A stretch of DNA of 59,866 bases from an uncultured candidatus Brocadiaceae bacterium. Lineage in GTDB: Bacteria > Planctomycetota > Brocadiia > SM23-32. Shown in pieces: positions 34,773 to 44,458 of the stretch. Under the pieces are notes generated by a model. That model was given only the letters and a program-made list of their open reading frames with translations. It did not search any database and was not told where the DNA came from. A program made the translations under genes and the position numbers. The DNA lies in the NCBI GenBank assembly GCA_964572825.1, contig CAZNGS010000020.1, positions 1 to 59,866 of the forward strand, written 5' to 3'. The first letter of the stretch is position 1; each line of letters begins with the position of its first letter.

Positions 34773-35347
34773 AGCAGAGAATTAGCGGATGTCGGTCTCA
34801 GGAGAGTCCGGCTGTCGAACGCACCGCTTGCGCAGGGGCATCCGTTCGACCGCGTAAGGTGGCTATCGGAAGAAGTCTCTTGCAGGGTCTGGCCCTCGAG
34901 GCCCCATGAATGGTTAGACCTTCCGATACCCCAAGCCCGAACATCGAAATCGCGCAGCCGTGTGCGCGTGAGTCTCTGAGAGATGACTGGCCCAGCCGCC
35001 TGCCTGGAGGCCCGGAGAATAGCCAGGGCTGATGTGAGAATTGCGGCGAACGCCCCATCCCAGTAGGACGGTGGTCTGGCTGCCAGGCAAGTGACACCGC
35101 TCGTGGTCGTAGACACATGCCCTCCGAGACGAAGCGCGGAGGACCGTCAGGGAGATTGTCGCTTGACTTCGTCTTTTAGAGATGACCCTGCGTCTCCATC
35201 CGCGAGGAACGGTCCGTGGCGCTTCTTGCGGGCAAGCGCGATTGCCCGGCGTTTCCCGACCGTCCGGGCACTGATACAATGAAAAACGGGCCGATCACGG
35301 CGGGTCGGCGGGCGGCCTGTGGGGCGGAGATTCGGCGAGGTGTGGAC

Positions 35348-36658
35348 ATGGAGATCAGCCTGCGATACGGGCGCCGGCGCGTCACCGTGCACGTGCGCGA
35401 AGATGCGACCGTCTATGAATCGGAGTATCCTGAGCCGGCCGACGAGCCTGCGCAAACGGTCCTGCAGGCGGTGCGGGCGCCGATACAGCCCCCCTCGCTG
35501 AAAGAGGCACTGCGCGCCCGCAGGGCCGGTCCGGTCGTGGTCATCTGCTCGGATGTCACGCGGCCGATTCCCTACCATGCCTTCCTGGCCGATTTGCTGG
35601 CCGAGGTGGTCGAGGCGGGCGTTCGGCGAGACGACATCCTGATCCTCATTGCGACGGGCATGCACCGGCCCTGTACCCCCGAGGAGCAGCGGCAGATGCT
35701 GGGGCCCGCGGCCGACGGGTACCGGGTTCTGAACCACGACGTCGGGGACGAGTCCCAACTGGTCGAACTCCCCGTGCGCAGCGGGGCGGGTTCGCCGGTG
35801 CGTCTGAACCGCCATTACGTTGAGGCCGGTTTCCGGCTCATCACGGGCCTGGTGGAGGCGCACTTCATGGCCGGTTTCTCGGGCGGGCGGAAGGCCGTCT
35901 GCCCCGGCCTGACCTCCCTGGATACCATCCGGCAGTTCCACGGGTATGAGTTTCTGAACCATCCCCTGGCGCGCAACGCCACGCTGGAAGGCAATCCGCT
36001 CCACGAGGAGGCGCTCTCCGTGGCGCGGGCGGCACCGGCCGAGTTCAGCGTCAACGTGGTGATGGACCAGCGCCGCTGGCTGGTGCGGGCCTTCGCGGGG
36101 GACATGGAGGCGGCCCACGAGGCGGCGTGTCGATTCGTCGCCCGGTGCGCCTGCCCGCGGGTGGAGCGCCCGGTGGACGTGGTGCTGACCTCCAGCGGCG
36201 GCTACCCGCTGGATGCCACCTTCTACCAGTGCGTGAAGGGATTCGTCTCCTGCCTGCCCGCCGTGCGCGAAGGGGGCTCCATAATCGCCCTCGGCGGATG
36301 CAGCGAGGGGATCGGCAGTCCGGAGTACTCCCGCACCATGAAGCGCTACGACGGCCGGTGGCGCAGATTCCTGGAAGACATTCGGACAGGCCGGTCCTTC
36401 GTCAGAGACCAGTGGCAGTACCAGATGCATGCCAGGGCGCTTGAGAAAGTGGGGCGGAAGAATCTCCACTTTGTGACCGATGGGCTGCCCCCGTCCGAGC
36501 TGGCCCGACTCTCGGTATCTCCCCACTGCGTGCGGGCGGAGGGTGTGCAGGATACCGTGCAGGCCCTTCTGGACCGGATGACCCGGTCGGGCGCGTCCGT
36601 TGCGGTCTTGCCCGAAGGACCCTACTGCGCCCCCGTGGGCCGGGAGACCGGTCCGTGA
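35348..36658 (+). CDS. LarA-like protein (nickel-pincer-dependent lactate racemase family, DUF2088).
   Basis: 436 aa. The N-terminal domain VICSDVTRPIPYHAFLADLLAEV...ILIATGMHRP and the segment HFMAGFSGGRKAVCPGL match the LarA family. Confidence 0.7.
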   Translation: MEISLRYGRRRVTVHVREDATVYESEYPEPADEPAQTVLQAVRAPIQPPSLKEALRARRAGPVVVICSDVTRPIPYHAFLADLLAEVVEAGVRRDDILILIATGMHRPCTPEEQRQMLGPAADGYRVLNHDVGDESQLVELPVRSGAGSPVRLNRHYVEAGFRLITGLVEAHFMAGFSGGRKAVCPGLTSLDTIRQFHGYEFLNHPLARNATLEGNPLHEEALSVARAAPAEFSVNVVMDQRRWLVRAFAGDMEAAHEAACRFVARCACPRVERPVDVVLTSSGGYPLDATFYQCVKGFVSCLPAVREGGSIIALGGCSEGIGSPEYSRTMKRYDGRWRRFLEDIRTGRSFVRDQWQYQMHARALEKVGRKNLHFVTDGLPPSELARLSVSPHCVRAEGVQDTVQALLDRMTRSGASVAVLPEGPYCAPVGRETGP

Positions 36659-36792
36659 TCCGGCTGCGCGGGGAGAGGGAGCGTAACAGCCGGAACGGCC
36701 GCCTTGCGCGTGGAAAATGGCCCGCGCAGGCGGTATGCTAGACTAAAGAGGTGGCCCGCACATCACTCACCCCGAGCCCAGGGAAATAAAAG

Positions 36793-39174
36793 ATGCATGA
36801 CCGCAGCGGGAAACTGAAACGTTACGTGCACGCGCTGTGCGACGCGGGCGTGCGGCGCACGGCGTTCTTCAAGCTGGTCGGCGAATCGCTCCGGCAGACG
36901 CAGGGCGAGTCGGTCCCCATGCGGCGGGCAAAGGCCCTGGCTCACCTGCTGGACAACGTTGACCAGGTGGTGCTGCCCTACGAGCTGGTGGCGGGCTCCA
37001 TCCTCGGCCGATGGCCGCTGGCCGAGCAGCAGCCCGAGGGGGAGGGGTCCCTGGAGGAGGCGCGCCGCGTCGTTGCCGAGCACCTGCACAACCGGGACGA
37101 GGAGGCGGCCCACCGTGTCGTCTCCCGCTGGGCGCTGATGGACCGGGACCATTACGATTCCAGCATACCTTTCGACGAGCTTCAGAACATCTCGCGGCAG
37201 GTCTACGAGGAGGTGTCGGAGGAGCACGACGTGCCGTTCGCCGAGGTGTATCGGGTGCTGGAGCTCTACTTTACGTTCCATTACGGCGAGGACCGCCGTC
37301 TGACGGACCGGCTCTGGTTCTCCTCGAATCACCTGCACCTGAACTACAAGCGGCCGCTGCAGTGGGGGCTGGGCGGCCTTCGGGACCGCATCATCGAAAA
37401 GCGGGATTCGGCGCCCGAGGAAAAGAGGGAGTTCTACGAGACCACACTGATCGCCGTCGAGGCCTGCATCCGCTTCATCGAGCGCTACACGGAGACGCTG
37501 GACGCGGAGGCGGATCGGCTGGAAGCGAAAGACCCCGAGCGGGCGCGGGAGCTGCGCGGCATGGCGGAGGTCAGCCGCCGCGTGGCGGAGGACGCGCCGC
37601 AGACATTCCGCGAGGCCATCCAGCTCGTCTGGTACGTCCACATCATCAGCAACATCGCGGGCGGCTCCGCCATGTCCTTCGCCCGGTTCGACCAGTACAT
37701 GTTCCCGTTCTACCGGCGTGACGTCCAGGAGGGGCGCATCACCCGGGACCAGGCCAAAGAGCTCATCGAGAGCATCTGGCTGAAGGTCAACGAGCCCAAG
37801 ATGCGGACCGTGCAGAGCATCTGTCTGGGCGGAGTGACCCCGGAGGGAGAGGACGGCACGAACGAGCTGACCTACGTCTGCCTGGAGGTGGCGGGCGAGG
37901 CGGGCGAGCCCTATCCCAACACCCACCTGCGATTGCACAAGGGCGCGCCTGAAGATCTGTGGGACAAGGCCGTCGAGACGTTGCTGAAGGGCGTGGGGCA
38001 TCCCGCGCTGTGGAATGACGAGTCCATGGTCACCGGCATGGTCCGGCAGGGCATTCCCCCTGAGGATGCCCGGCAGTACTATCCCATGGGCTGCATCGAG
38101 GTGATGCTGGAGGGCATGCAGCCCACCTACCAGGGCGGCACGGGCCTGATGTTCGCCGGCACCCTGGAACTGGTCTTCAAGAACGGCGGCCCCAACTACG
38201 CCGGCCAGACCGGCCTGGAGACCGGCGAGCTGTCCAGTTTCGAGACGTTCGAGGATTTCCTCGAGGCCTACCTGGCCCAGATCCGTCACCACATCAGCTC
38301 CGGCATTCGCGGCACGGAGGAGAGCTTTTTCGACCGGGGGGAGAGGTACGATCCCCTCGCCTCAGCGCTGATCGAAGGGTCCCTGGAGAGCGGCGTGGAC
38401 CCCTGCCAGGGCGGGGCGAAGTACGACCGGCTGTTCTGCAACAACGGGCAGGGCTTCGGGACCGCCGTGGATTCCCTGGTTGCGGTGAAGAGGTTCGTCT
38501 ACGACGAGGGCGAGTTGACGCTGGAGGAGATGAAGGAGCTGCTGGACGAGGACTTCGCCGGGCACGAGGCCCTGCGCCAGCGCCTGAGCAACCGGGCCCC
38601 CACCTTCGGCAACGACATCGACGAGGTGGACGAGATCGCGGTGAAGGTCTTCGACGCATTCGCCGACACCTCCATCGAGTACGACTCTCAGATCGGCGCC
38701 ACCTACTTTCCGCAGATGTTCAGCTATCACAGTCACGTGTGGCGGGGCGAGATAACCGACGCCACGCCGAACGGCCGCCCCCGCGGCGCCACCTACAGCG
38801 ACGGCATGGGACCGTCCCAGGGCAAGGACGCGCTGGGCCCCACCGCCCTCATAAACTCGGTGACCCGGCTGGACCACACAAAGCTCACCGGCGGCGCCGC
38901 CTTCAACATAAAGCTGGAGCCCGGCTTCGTGGGCGGCCCCGAGGGACGCCGGGTCTTCAAAACCCTCCTGAAGACCTACCAGGAGCGTGGGGGCATGCAG
39001 ATCCAGGTCAACCTGGTGGACCAGAAGACGCTCGAGCACGCGCAGGAACACCCCGAGGAGCACCGCAACCTCATCGTGCGCGTGGCCGGGTTCTGCGAGT
39101 ACTTCACCAGCCTGGACCGGAAGGTGCAGGACGAGATCATTCAGCGCACCGCCCAGGAGCAGGCGACGCGCTGA
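36793..39174 (+). CDS. Glycyl radical enzyme (PFL2 / glycerol-dehydratase / 4-hydroxyproline-dehydratase-like family).
   Basis: 793 aa. The C-terminus NLIVRVAGFCEYFTSLDRKVQDEIIQRT aligns with the PFL glycyl-radical motif [27 protein letters not shown]. The preceding TPNGRPRGATYSDGMGPSQG matches TPDGRRAGAPFGPGANP. The active-site Cys sits in YYPMGCIEVMLEG. Confidence 0.8.
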   Translation: MHDRSGKLKRYVHALCDAGVRRTAFFKLVGESLRQTQGESVPMRRAKALAHLLDNVDQVVLPYELVAGSILGRWPLAEQQPEGEGSLEEARRVVAEHLHNRDEEAAHRVVSRWALMDRDHYDSSIPFDELQNISRQVYEEVSEEHDVPFAEVYRVLELYFTFHYGEDRRLTDRLWFSSNHLHLNYKRPLQWGLGGLRDRIIEKRDSAPEEKREFYETTLIAVEACIRFIERYTETLDAEADRLEAKDPERARELRGMAEVSRRVAEDAPQTFREAIQLVWYVHIISNIAGGSAMSFARFDQYMFPFYRRDVQEGRITRDQAKELIESIWLKVNEPKMRTVQSICLGGVTPEGEDGTNELTYVCLEVAGEAGEPYPNTHLRLHKGAPEDLWDKAVETLLKGVGHPALWNDESMVTGMVRQGIPPEDARQYYPMGCIEVMLEGMQPTYQGGTGLMFAGTLELVFKNGGPNYAGQTGLETGELSSFETFEDFLEAYLAQIRHHISSGIRGTEESFFDRGERYDPLASALIEGSLESGVDPCQGGAKYDRLFCNNGQGFGTAVDSLVAVKRFVYDEGELTLEEMKELLDEDFAGHEALRQRLSNRAPTFGNDIDEVDEIAVKVFDAFADTSIEYDSQIGATYFPQMFSYHSHVWRGEITDATPNGRPRGATYSDGMGPSQGKDALGPTALINSVTRLDHTKLTGGAAFNIKLEPGFVGGPEGRRVFKTLLKTYQERGGMQIQVNLVDQKTLEHAQEHPEEHRNLIVRVAGFCEYFTSLDRKVQDEIIQRTAQEQATR

Positions 39175-39210
39175 CCCGGGCCCAATTCTTCTTCGGCGAG
39201 AGGGCGCTTC

Positions 39211-40143
39211 GTGAACAAACCCTCCGGTAGGCCTGCCATCTGCGTGGTGGGGGCCTGCAACATCGACCTGGTCAGCTACGTCCCTCGCCTGCCCGAGATG
39301 GGCGAGACACTCCATGGCAGCGACTTCCAGATGGGTTTCGGCGGCAAGGGGGCCAACCAGGCCGTCATGGCGGCCAAACTCGGCGCCCACGTCTCCATGA
39401 TCGCCAAGCTGGGGGAGGATACTTTCGGCCAGGACACGCTGGAAAACTTCCAATCTCTCGGGATCGACACCGCCCACGTGCATTCCACCGCGGACGCGTC
39501 TTCGGGTGTGGCCCCTATAGCCGTCGACCCGGAGGGGCAGAACTCGATCATCATCGTGATGGGGGCCAACGACCTGCTGACCGAAGAGGAGATCGAGGCC
39601 GCCCGCCCGGCCATCGCCGCCGCCGACGTGCTGGTATGCCAGTTCGAGATCCCACTGGACCTTAACCTGAAGGCCCTCCGAGTCGCCCGGGAAGAGGGGG
39701 TGGCCACCATCTTCAATCCCGCCCCGGCCAGGGCGGACCTGCCGGAGGAGTTCTACGGCCTCAGTTCCGTCTTCTGCCCCAACGAGAGCGAGACGGAGCT
39801 GCTGACCGACATGCCCGTGGGAACCCCGGCCGAGGACGAGGCGGCCGCGCGGGCCCTCATCGAGCGCGGCGCCGGGAAGGTCATCCTGACCCTGGGTGAG
39901 CGGGGCAGCCTTATCGTCACACCCGACTCCGCCCGGCGCGTTCCGACCGAGAACGTGCGGGCGGTGGACTCGACCGGGGCGGGTGACGCCTTCGTGGGCA
40001 GCCTGGCCTACTTTATGGCCGTTGACAGGCCCCTGGAGGAAGCGGTCCGGCGGGCGAACGCCATCGCCGCGCGCTCCGTGACGAAGTCCGGCACCCAGAC
40101 CTCCTTTCCCGACCGGGAGGAAGTCGCCGACTTGCTCGATTGA
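39211..40143 (+). CDS. rbsK: Ribokinase (PfkB family).
   Basis: The N-terminus has ICVVGACNIDLV...GGKGANQAV. The C-terminus has DSTGAGDAFVGSLAY, the PfkB signature 2. Confidence 0.75.
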   Translation: MNKPSGRPAICVVGACNIDLVSYVPRLPEMGETLHGSDFQMGFGGKGANQAVMAAKLGAHVSMIAKLGEDTFGQDTLENFQSLGIDTAHVHSTADASSGVAPIAVDPEGQNSIIIVMGANDLLTEEEIEAARPAIAAADVLVCQFEIPLDLNLKALRVAREEGVATIFNPAPARADLPEEFYGLSSVFCPNESETELLTDMPVGTPAEDEAAARALIERGAGKVILTLGERGSLIVTPDSARRVPTENVRAVDSTGAGDAFVGSLAYFMAVDRPLEEAVRRANAIAARSVTKSGTQTSFPDREEVADLLD

Positions 40144-40146
40144 GCG

Positions 40147-40812
40147 GTGCGAGACACCACAAACGCAGACAAGGGGAGATGGAACGAAGTGATAAAGCGC
40201 TGGGACGTTGTCTACATCGGACACCCCTCGCGGAACCGCTACTGGGGCGAGAGCGACGATCGGCCCGTCCGCACGCCGGTCTGCACATGCACGCTGGTGA
40301 CCGGGGGCGACTTCCGCCTGCTGGTGGACCCCTCTTTCCCCGACGCCGACAGGATGGCCTCGGAGCTGCACCGCCGCAGCGGTCTATCTTTCGAGGATAT
40401 TGGCCTCGTCTTCGTCACCCACGGCCACGGGGACCACACCGCCGGGCTGGCCAACTTCCCCGACGCCACGTGGCTCGCGGGTCAGTCGGTCGCGCGGGAC
40501 CTGAATGCCTCGGGTCGGCTCGGGAAGGAAGTCCTGGACGCCGCGGAGCATCTGCCTCCGGGCGTGGAGCTGGTGCCCACCCCGGGACATGCGGCGGGCC
40601 ACTGCAGCCTGCGGTTCGACTGCGACGGGCAGAGCGTGGCGATCGCCGGCGACGCCACCATCACGCGGGATTTCTGCCTGGACGGCCTCAGCTCCTTCGG
40701 CAGCCCCACCAAACAGGAACGGGAGACGGTGCGCAAGATCCGGCAGATGGCGGATGCCATCGTCCCGGGCCACGACAACTGGTTCCTGTCCACGGACAGG
40801 GGCGAGAAATGA
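40147..40812 (+). CDS. MBL-fold metallo-hydrolase.
   Basis: VFVTHGHGDHTAGL (HxHxDH), a later PTPGHAAGHCS, and a terminal PGHD. The start is ambiguous: GTG at 40147, or a downstream GTG preceded by AAGGGGAGA. Confidence 0.65.
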   Translation: MRDTTNADKGRWNEVIKRWDVVYIGHPSRNRYWGESDDRPVRTPVCTCTLVTGGDFRLLVDPSFPDADRMASELHRRSGLSFEDIGLVFVTHGHGDHTAGLANFPDATWLAGQSVARDLNASGRLGKEVLDAAEHLPPGVELVPTPGHAAGHCSLRFDCDGQSVAIAGDATITRDFCLDGLSSFGSPTKQERETVRKIRQMADAIVPGHDNWFLSTDRGEK

Positions 40813-40860
40813 AAGCGGGCTCCGGGAGATTTCCGCTAACGGGCAGTGCGGTCGTTCTGC

Positions 40861-41701
40861 TCAGAAAAACTCCGCTCCCGCGCAGCGCGCGCAGATGAAA
40901 TCGCCTCCGGGCATCATGTAACCCCCCTGCGCCAGCCGGATGACCCTTCCACATTCGGCGCAGTGCGTGGGCTCATAGTCCGGCGGGTTCTCCAGCTTCT
41001 CGAAGTTCCACTCGTTGGTCCGGCGTGCACGTGCTGCTCGGTGGTGACGTAGAAATCGCGGCATTCCTCACACTCTTTCCAATCGCCCCCATGCCCCTCC
41101 GCGTGGTGTACGCCGCAGACGGTGTAGCGCCTGTGGTTTCGATGGCAACTGTTCCGGGCGTAGGAGAAGAACCTGTAAGTCCATTCATCATCGCAGATCC
41201 AGTTATCGCAGCACTCCGTGCGGGTCAGGTTGATCGTGTTGCCGCACAACCCGCATTTGGGGCGACCCTGTCCCGTGGCTGCCGCGTCTTCTTCCAGTTC
41301 GGCCAGTTGCCGGGCCCATCCGTCCAGGTTCGCCTCTTCCTCCGGCATGTAGCCCGTCTGCTGCAGAGCGTCGGCCAGAGTGTCCCGGCGAATTGGGCCT
41401 TCAAGCCCCCCTGCGAGGCCGCCAAATCCCTGGCCGCATTTGCCCGGGCCTGCCGGTCGCTCTCAGAACGTCGTTCAGGGTTGACGAAGAGGGTCTGCCG
41501 GGATTGCTCCCGGCCCGACCCCCGGCGACGGAGGCGGATGGCCGGCGCATAGCCGCCCTGCGGGTCCCGGCAACTCTCCGGTTCCACCGGCCGATTCCCC
41601 GAGCGAGCGGGCCGCACCTTCAAGAGGCAGCAATGCTTATACTTCTTGCCGCTGCGGCACGGGCACGGGTCATTCCGGCGGACTTTCTTCTCCATCTGCA
41701 T
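40861..41701 (-). pseudogene. Cys-rich protein with an N-terminal SEC-C metal-binding motif. It is split across three frames, by frameshift or assembly indels.
   Basis: Piece 1 is MQMEKKVRRNDPCPCRSGKKYKHCC (SEC-C motif). Piece 2 is MPEEEANL...CGLCGNT...CCDNWICDDEW...CGVHHAEGHGGDWKECEECRDFY. Piece 3 is ...THCAECGRVIRLAQGGYMMPGGDFICARCAGAEFF. The piece-1 to piece-2 junction coincides with a C6 homopolymer (~41407-41412). Confidence 0.3.
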
Positions 41702-41851
41702 TTCGCCAAACAGATGAAGTAAATCCTGCCTTCCGCACCGTCACGTGAATCATAAGACACGCGTCGCGCGCTGCCAAATCCATGTGCGTTGGCGGGGCCC
41801 CTCTGCCCGGAGAGACTGCCCCGGCATCGAGGGATGAGCCTGCCCGGTGCT

Positions 41852-42000
41852 CTGGACCCATGCACGTCCGGGCGGGAAGTTGGAGGGACCCGCTCTGTCG
41901 CGTCCGAGCCCCCTGGACCAATGCACGCCGGGGCGGGAAGTTGGAGGGACGCGCTCTGTCGCGTCCGAGCCCCCTGGACCAATGCACGCCGGGGCGGGAA
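41852..42000. repeat. Tandem direct repeat of about 61 bp (~2.4 copies). Each copy has a perfect hairpin GGACGCG-CTCTGT-CGCGTCC.
   Basis: Units span 41852-41912, 41913-41973 and a partial 41974-~42000. Copies are >90% identical (CTGGACCAATGCACGCCGGGGCGGGAAGTTGGAGGGACGCGCTCTGTCGCGTCCGAGCCCC). Confidence 0.6.
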
Positions 42001-42034
42001 ACCCGACAGCGCCCAGGGGCCGCCGGCGATTGGC

Positions 42035-42063
42035 TTGACAGTCCGGCGGGGGGGCTGTATATT
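42035..42063 (+). promoter_or_regulatory. Sigma70-type promoter upstream of gap: TTGACA, a 17-nt spacer, then TATATT.
   Basis: The -35 TTGACA (42035-42040) and the -10 TATATT (42058-42063) are exact consensus with ideal spacing, about 125 nt upstream of the gap ATG. An AAAGGAG RBS sits at 42171-42177. Confidence 0.5.
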
Positions 42064-42187
42064 CAATCTTCTGACGGGGGCATTGCGCCGGGTTGCTGCC
42101 TCTCCCCGAGGTTTGCCCCGGACCGTGCATTCTCAAGTGCCCTGGCTGTCTACTCAATTCTTGAATCGCTGAAAGGAGCCGCACAGC

Positions 42188-43201
42188 ATGGCTATCAGGG
42201 TCGGCATTAACGGTTTTGGAAGGATCGGACGGCTGGTCTTCCGCGTGCTGATGGAGCGCGACAATTTCGAGGTCGTGGCGGTCAACGACCTGGCCGACGC
42301 GGAGACGCTGGCCTACCTGTTGGAGTATGACAGCGTCCACGGCCGGTATCCCGGCACGGTGGAAGTGGACGGCGAGAACCTGGTGGTGGACGGCACGAGC
42401 GTGCCCGTGCTCACCGTGATGAACCCCAAGGAGCTGCCCTGGGAGGAGGAAGACGTTTACTTCGCCGTCGAGGCCACGGGGGTGTTTCGCACGCGCACCG
42501 GCGAGAAGGGCGGCTACGGCGACCACCTGGAGGCCGGCGCCCAGAAGGTGCTGCTCACCGTGCCCGCCAAGGACGAGGTGGACGCCACCATCGTGCTGGG
42601 CGTAAATGACGACCTGCTGACCCCCGACGACCGCTGCATCTCGAACGCCTCCTGCACCACCAACTGCCTGGGTCCCGTGGCCAAGGTGCTGAACGACAAC
42701 TTCGGCATCGTCCACGGCCTGATGACCACCTGTCACGGCTACACCAACGACCAGGTGACCTGCGACCAGATTCACAGCAAGCTGGCCCGTGGCCGGGCCG
42801 CGGCCATCAACATCATCCCCACCACCACCGGCGCCGCCAAGGCCATCGGCAAGGCCATCCCCGAGTTGGAGGGAAACCTGGACGGCATGGCCATGCGGGT
42901 GCCCGTGCCCGACGGTTCCGTGGTGGACCTGGTGGCGGAGTGCAAGAAAGAGGTCAGCGTGGAGGCCGTCAACGCCGCCGCGAAGGAAGCCGCCGAGGGC
43001 CCGATGAAGGGGATTTTGAAATACACCGAGGACCCCGTGGTCAGCACCGACTGCATCCACGACCCGCACAGCGCCATATTCTGCGCTGAAAACACGATGG
43101 TCGTGGCCGACAGGATGGTCAAGGCGGTGGCCTTCTACGACAACGAGTGGGGCTACTCCAACCGCGTCGTGGACCTGATGGACATGGCGGCCAACATGTG
43201 A
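42188..43201 (+). CDS. gap: Glyceraldehyde-3-phosphate dehydrogenase.
   Basis: The N-terminus is VGINGFGRIGR. The active site is ASCTTNCL. A GAPDH length of 337 aa. Confidence 0.9.
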   Translation: MAIRVGINGFGRIGRLVFRVLMERDNFEVVAVNDLADAETLAYLLEYDSVHGRYPGTVEVDGENLVVDGTSVPVLTVMNPKELPWEEEDVYFAVEATGVFRTRTGEKGGYGDHLEAGAQKVLLTVPAKDEVDATIVLGVNDDLLTPDDRCISNASCTTNCLGPVAKVLNDNFGIVHGLMTTCHGYTNDQVTCDQIHSKLARGRAAAINIIPTTTGAAKAIGKAIPELEGNLDGMAMRVPVPDGSVVDLVAECKKEVSVEAVNAAAKEAAEGPMKGILKYTEDPVVSTDCIHDPHSAIFCAENTMVVADRMVKAVAFYDNEWGYSNRVVDLMDMAANM

Positions 43202-43288
43202 GCCGCGCGCTGTGCGAGCAGCAGGCGAGCGGGGTGCGGGCCGATCGGGCCGCACCCCGTTTCTCCAGAACATCCGCGGAGTGAAGCC

Positions 43289-44458
43289 ATGAAGACAATC
43301 CGAGACTTCGAAGACCGATTGAGCGGCAGCCGGCTGCTGATGCGGGTGGACTTCAACGTGCCGCTCGATAAGGAGACCGGCCAGATCACCAATGATCTGC
43401 GCATCCGCCGCGCCCTGCCCACCATCGAGTTCGCCCGGGATCGCGGCGCCCGCGTGGTCCTTATGAGCCACCTGGGCCGCCCCGGCGGCGAGCGCGATGA
43501 AGACCTTAGCCTCCGCCCCGTAGCGGAGCGATTGGGCGAACTGCTCGGCTCGAAAGTCGCCTTCGCCCCGGACTGCGTCGGGGCCGTCGCCCGGGAGGCC
43601 GTGGCCGCCCTGCGGGACGGCGACGTCCTGATGCTGGAGAACACCCGTTTCCACGACGGAGAGAAGGCAAACGACCCCGAGTTTGCCCGGCGGCTCGCCT
43701 CCCTGGCGGACACGTACGTCAACGACGCTTTCGGCACCGTGCACAGGGCCCACGCCTCGACGGCGGGTGTGGCGGAGCACCTGCCCGCGGCGGCGGGGTT
43801 CCTGATCGAGAAGGAGGTGCAGTACCTGTCCCGCGCCACGCAGAACCCCGAGCACCCCTACGTGGCCGTCATGGGCGGCGCCAAGGTGTCCGACAAGATC
43901 CAGGTCATCCGCAACCTGCTGGACAAGGTGGACGCCATGTTGGTCGGCGGGGCGATGGCGTACACGTTCCTGAAGCAGCAGGGCGTCGGGGTCGGCAACT
44001 CCCTGGTGGAAGGCGACAGGCTGGAGGTGGCGGCGGCGCTGCTGGAGGAGGCCGGCGACAAGATCGTGCTGCCGTGCGACCACGTCTGCGCGCGCGACAT
44101 CGATGCCGATGCCGAAGCCGGGACCTTCGACGTCGAAGTCCCCGACGGCTGGATCGGCCTGGACATCGGTCCGAAGACCGCGCAGGCGTTCACTGACCGA
44201 ATTGCCGGTGCTGCGCTGGTCACCTGGAACGGCCCGCTGGGATACTTCGAGATCGACAGGTTCAGCGAAGGCACGCGCGCCGTGGCGCAGGCCCTGGCCG
44301 ACTCGGGCGCGGTGAGCATCGTGGGGGGCGGGGAGACCGCCGAGGCCGTCGAGGAGCTCGGCCTGCAGGACCGGATCAGCCACGTCTCCACCGGCGGCGG
44401 GGCCTCGCTGGCATTCCTGGGCGGCGAGGAGCTGCCCGGCATCGCGGCCCTCCAGTGA
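43289..44458 (+). CDS. pgk: Phosphoglycerate kinase.
   Basis: RVDFNVPLD, MSHLGRPGG and the C-terminal GGGASLAFL motifs in 389 aa. Confidence 0.9.
   Translation: MKTIRDFEDRLSGSRLLMRVDFNVPLDKETGQITNDLRIRRALPTIEFARDRGARVVLMSHLGRPGGERDEDLSLRPVAERLGELLGSKVAFAPDCVGAVAREAVAALRDGDVLMLENTRFHDGEKANDPEFARRLASLADTYVNDAFGTVHRAHASTAGVAEHLPAAAGFLIEKEVQYLSRATQNPEHPYVAVMGGAKVSDKIQVIRNLLDKVDAMLVGGAMAYTFLKQQGVGVGNSLVEGDRLEVAAALLEEAGDKIVLPCDHVCARDIDADAEAGTFDVEVPDGWIGLDIGPKTAQAFTDRIAGAALVTWNGPLGYFEIDRFSEGTRAVAQALADSGAVSIVGGGETAEAVEELGLQDRISHVSTGGGASLAFLGGEELPGIAALQ

Noticed and set aside
41852-42000. Considered whether the 61-bp direct repeats could be a CRISPR array.
   Set aside because: There are only about 2.4 copies, and the repeats are directly abutting with no unique spacers. 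No cas genes are nearby. It is a simple tandem duplication.
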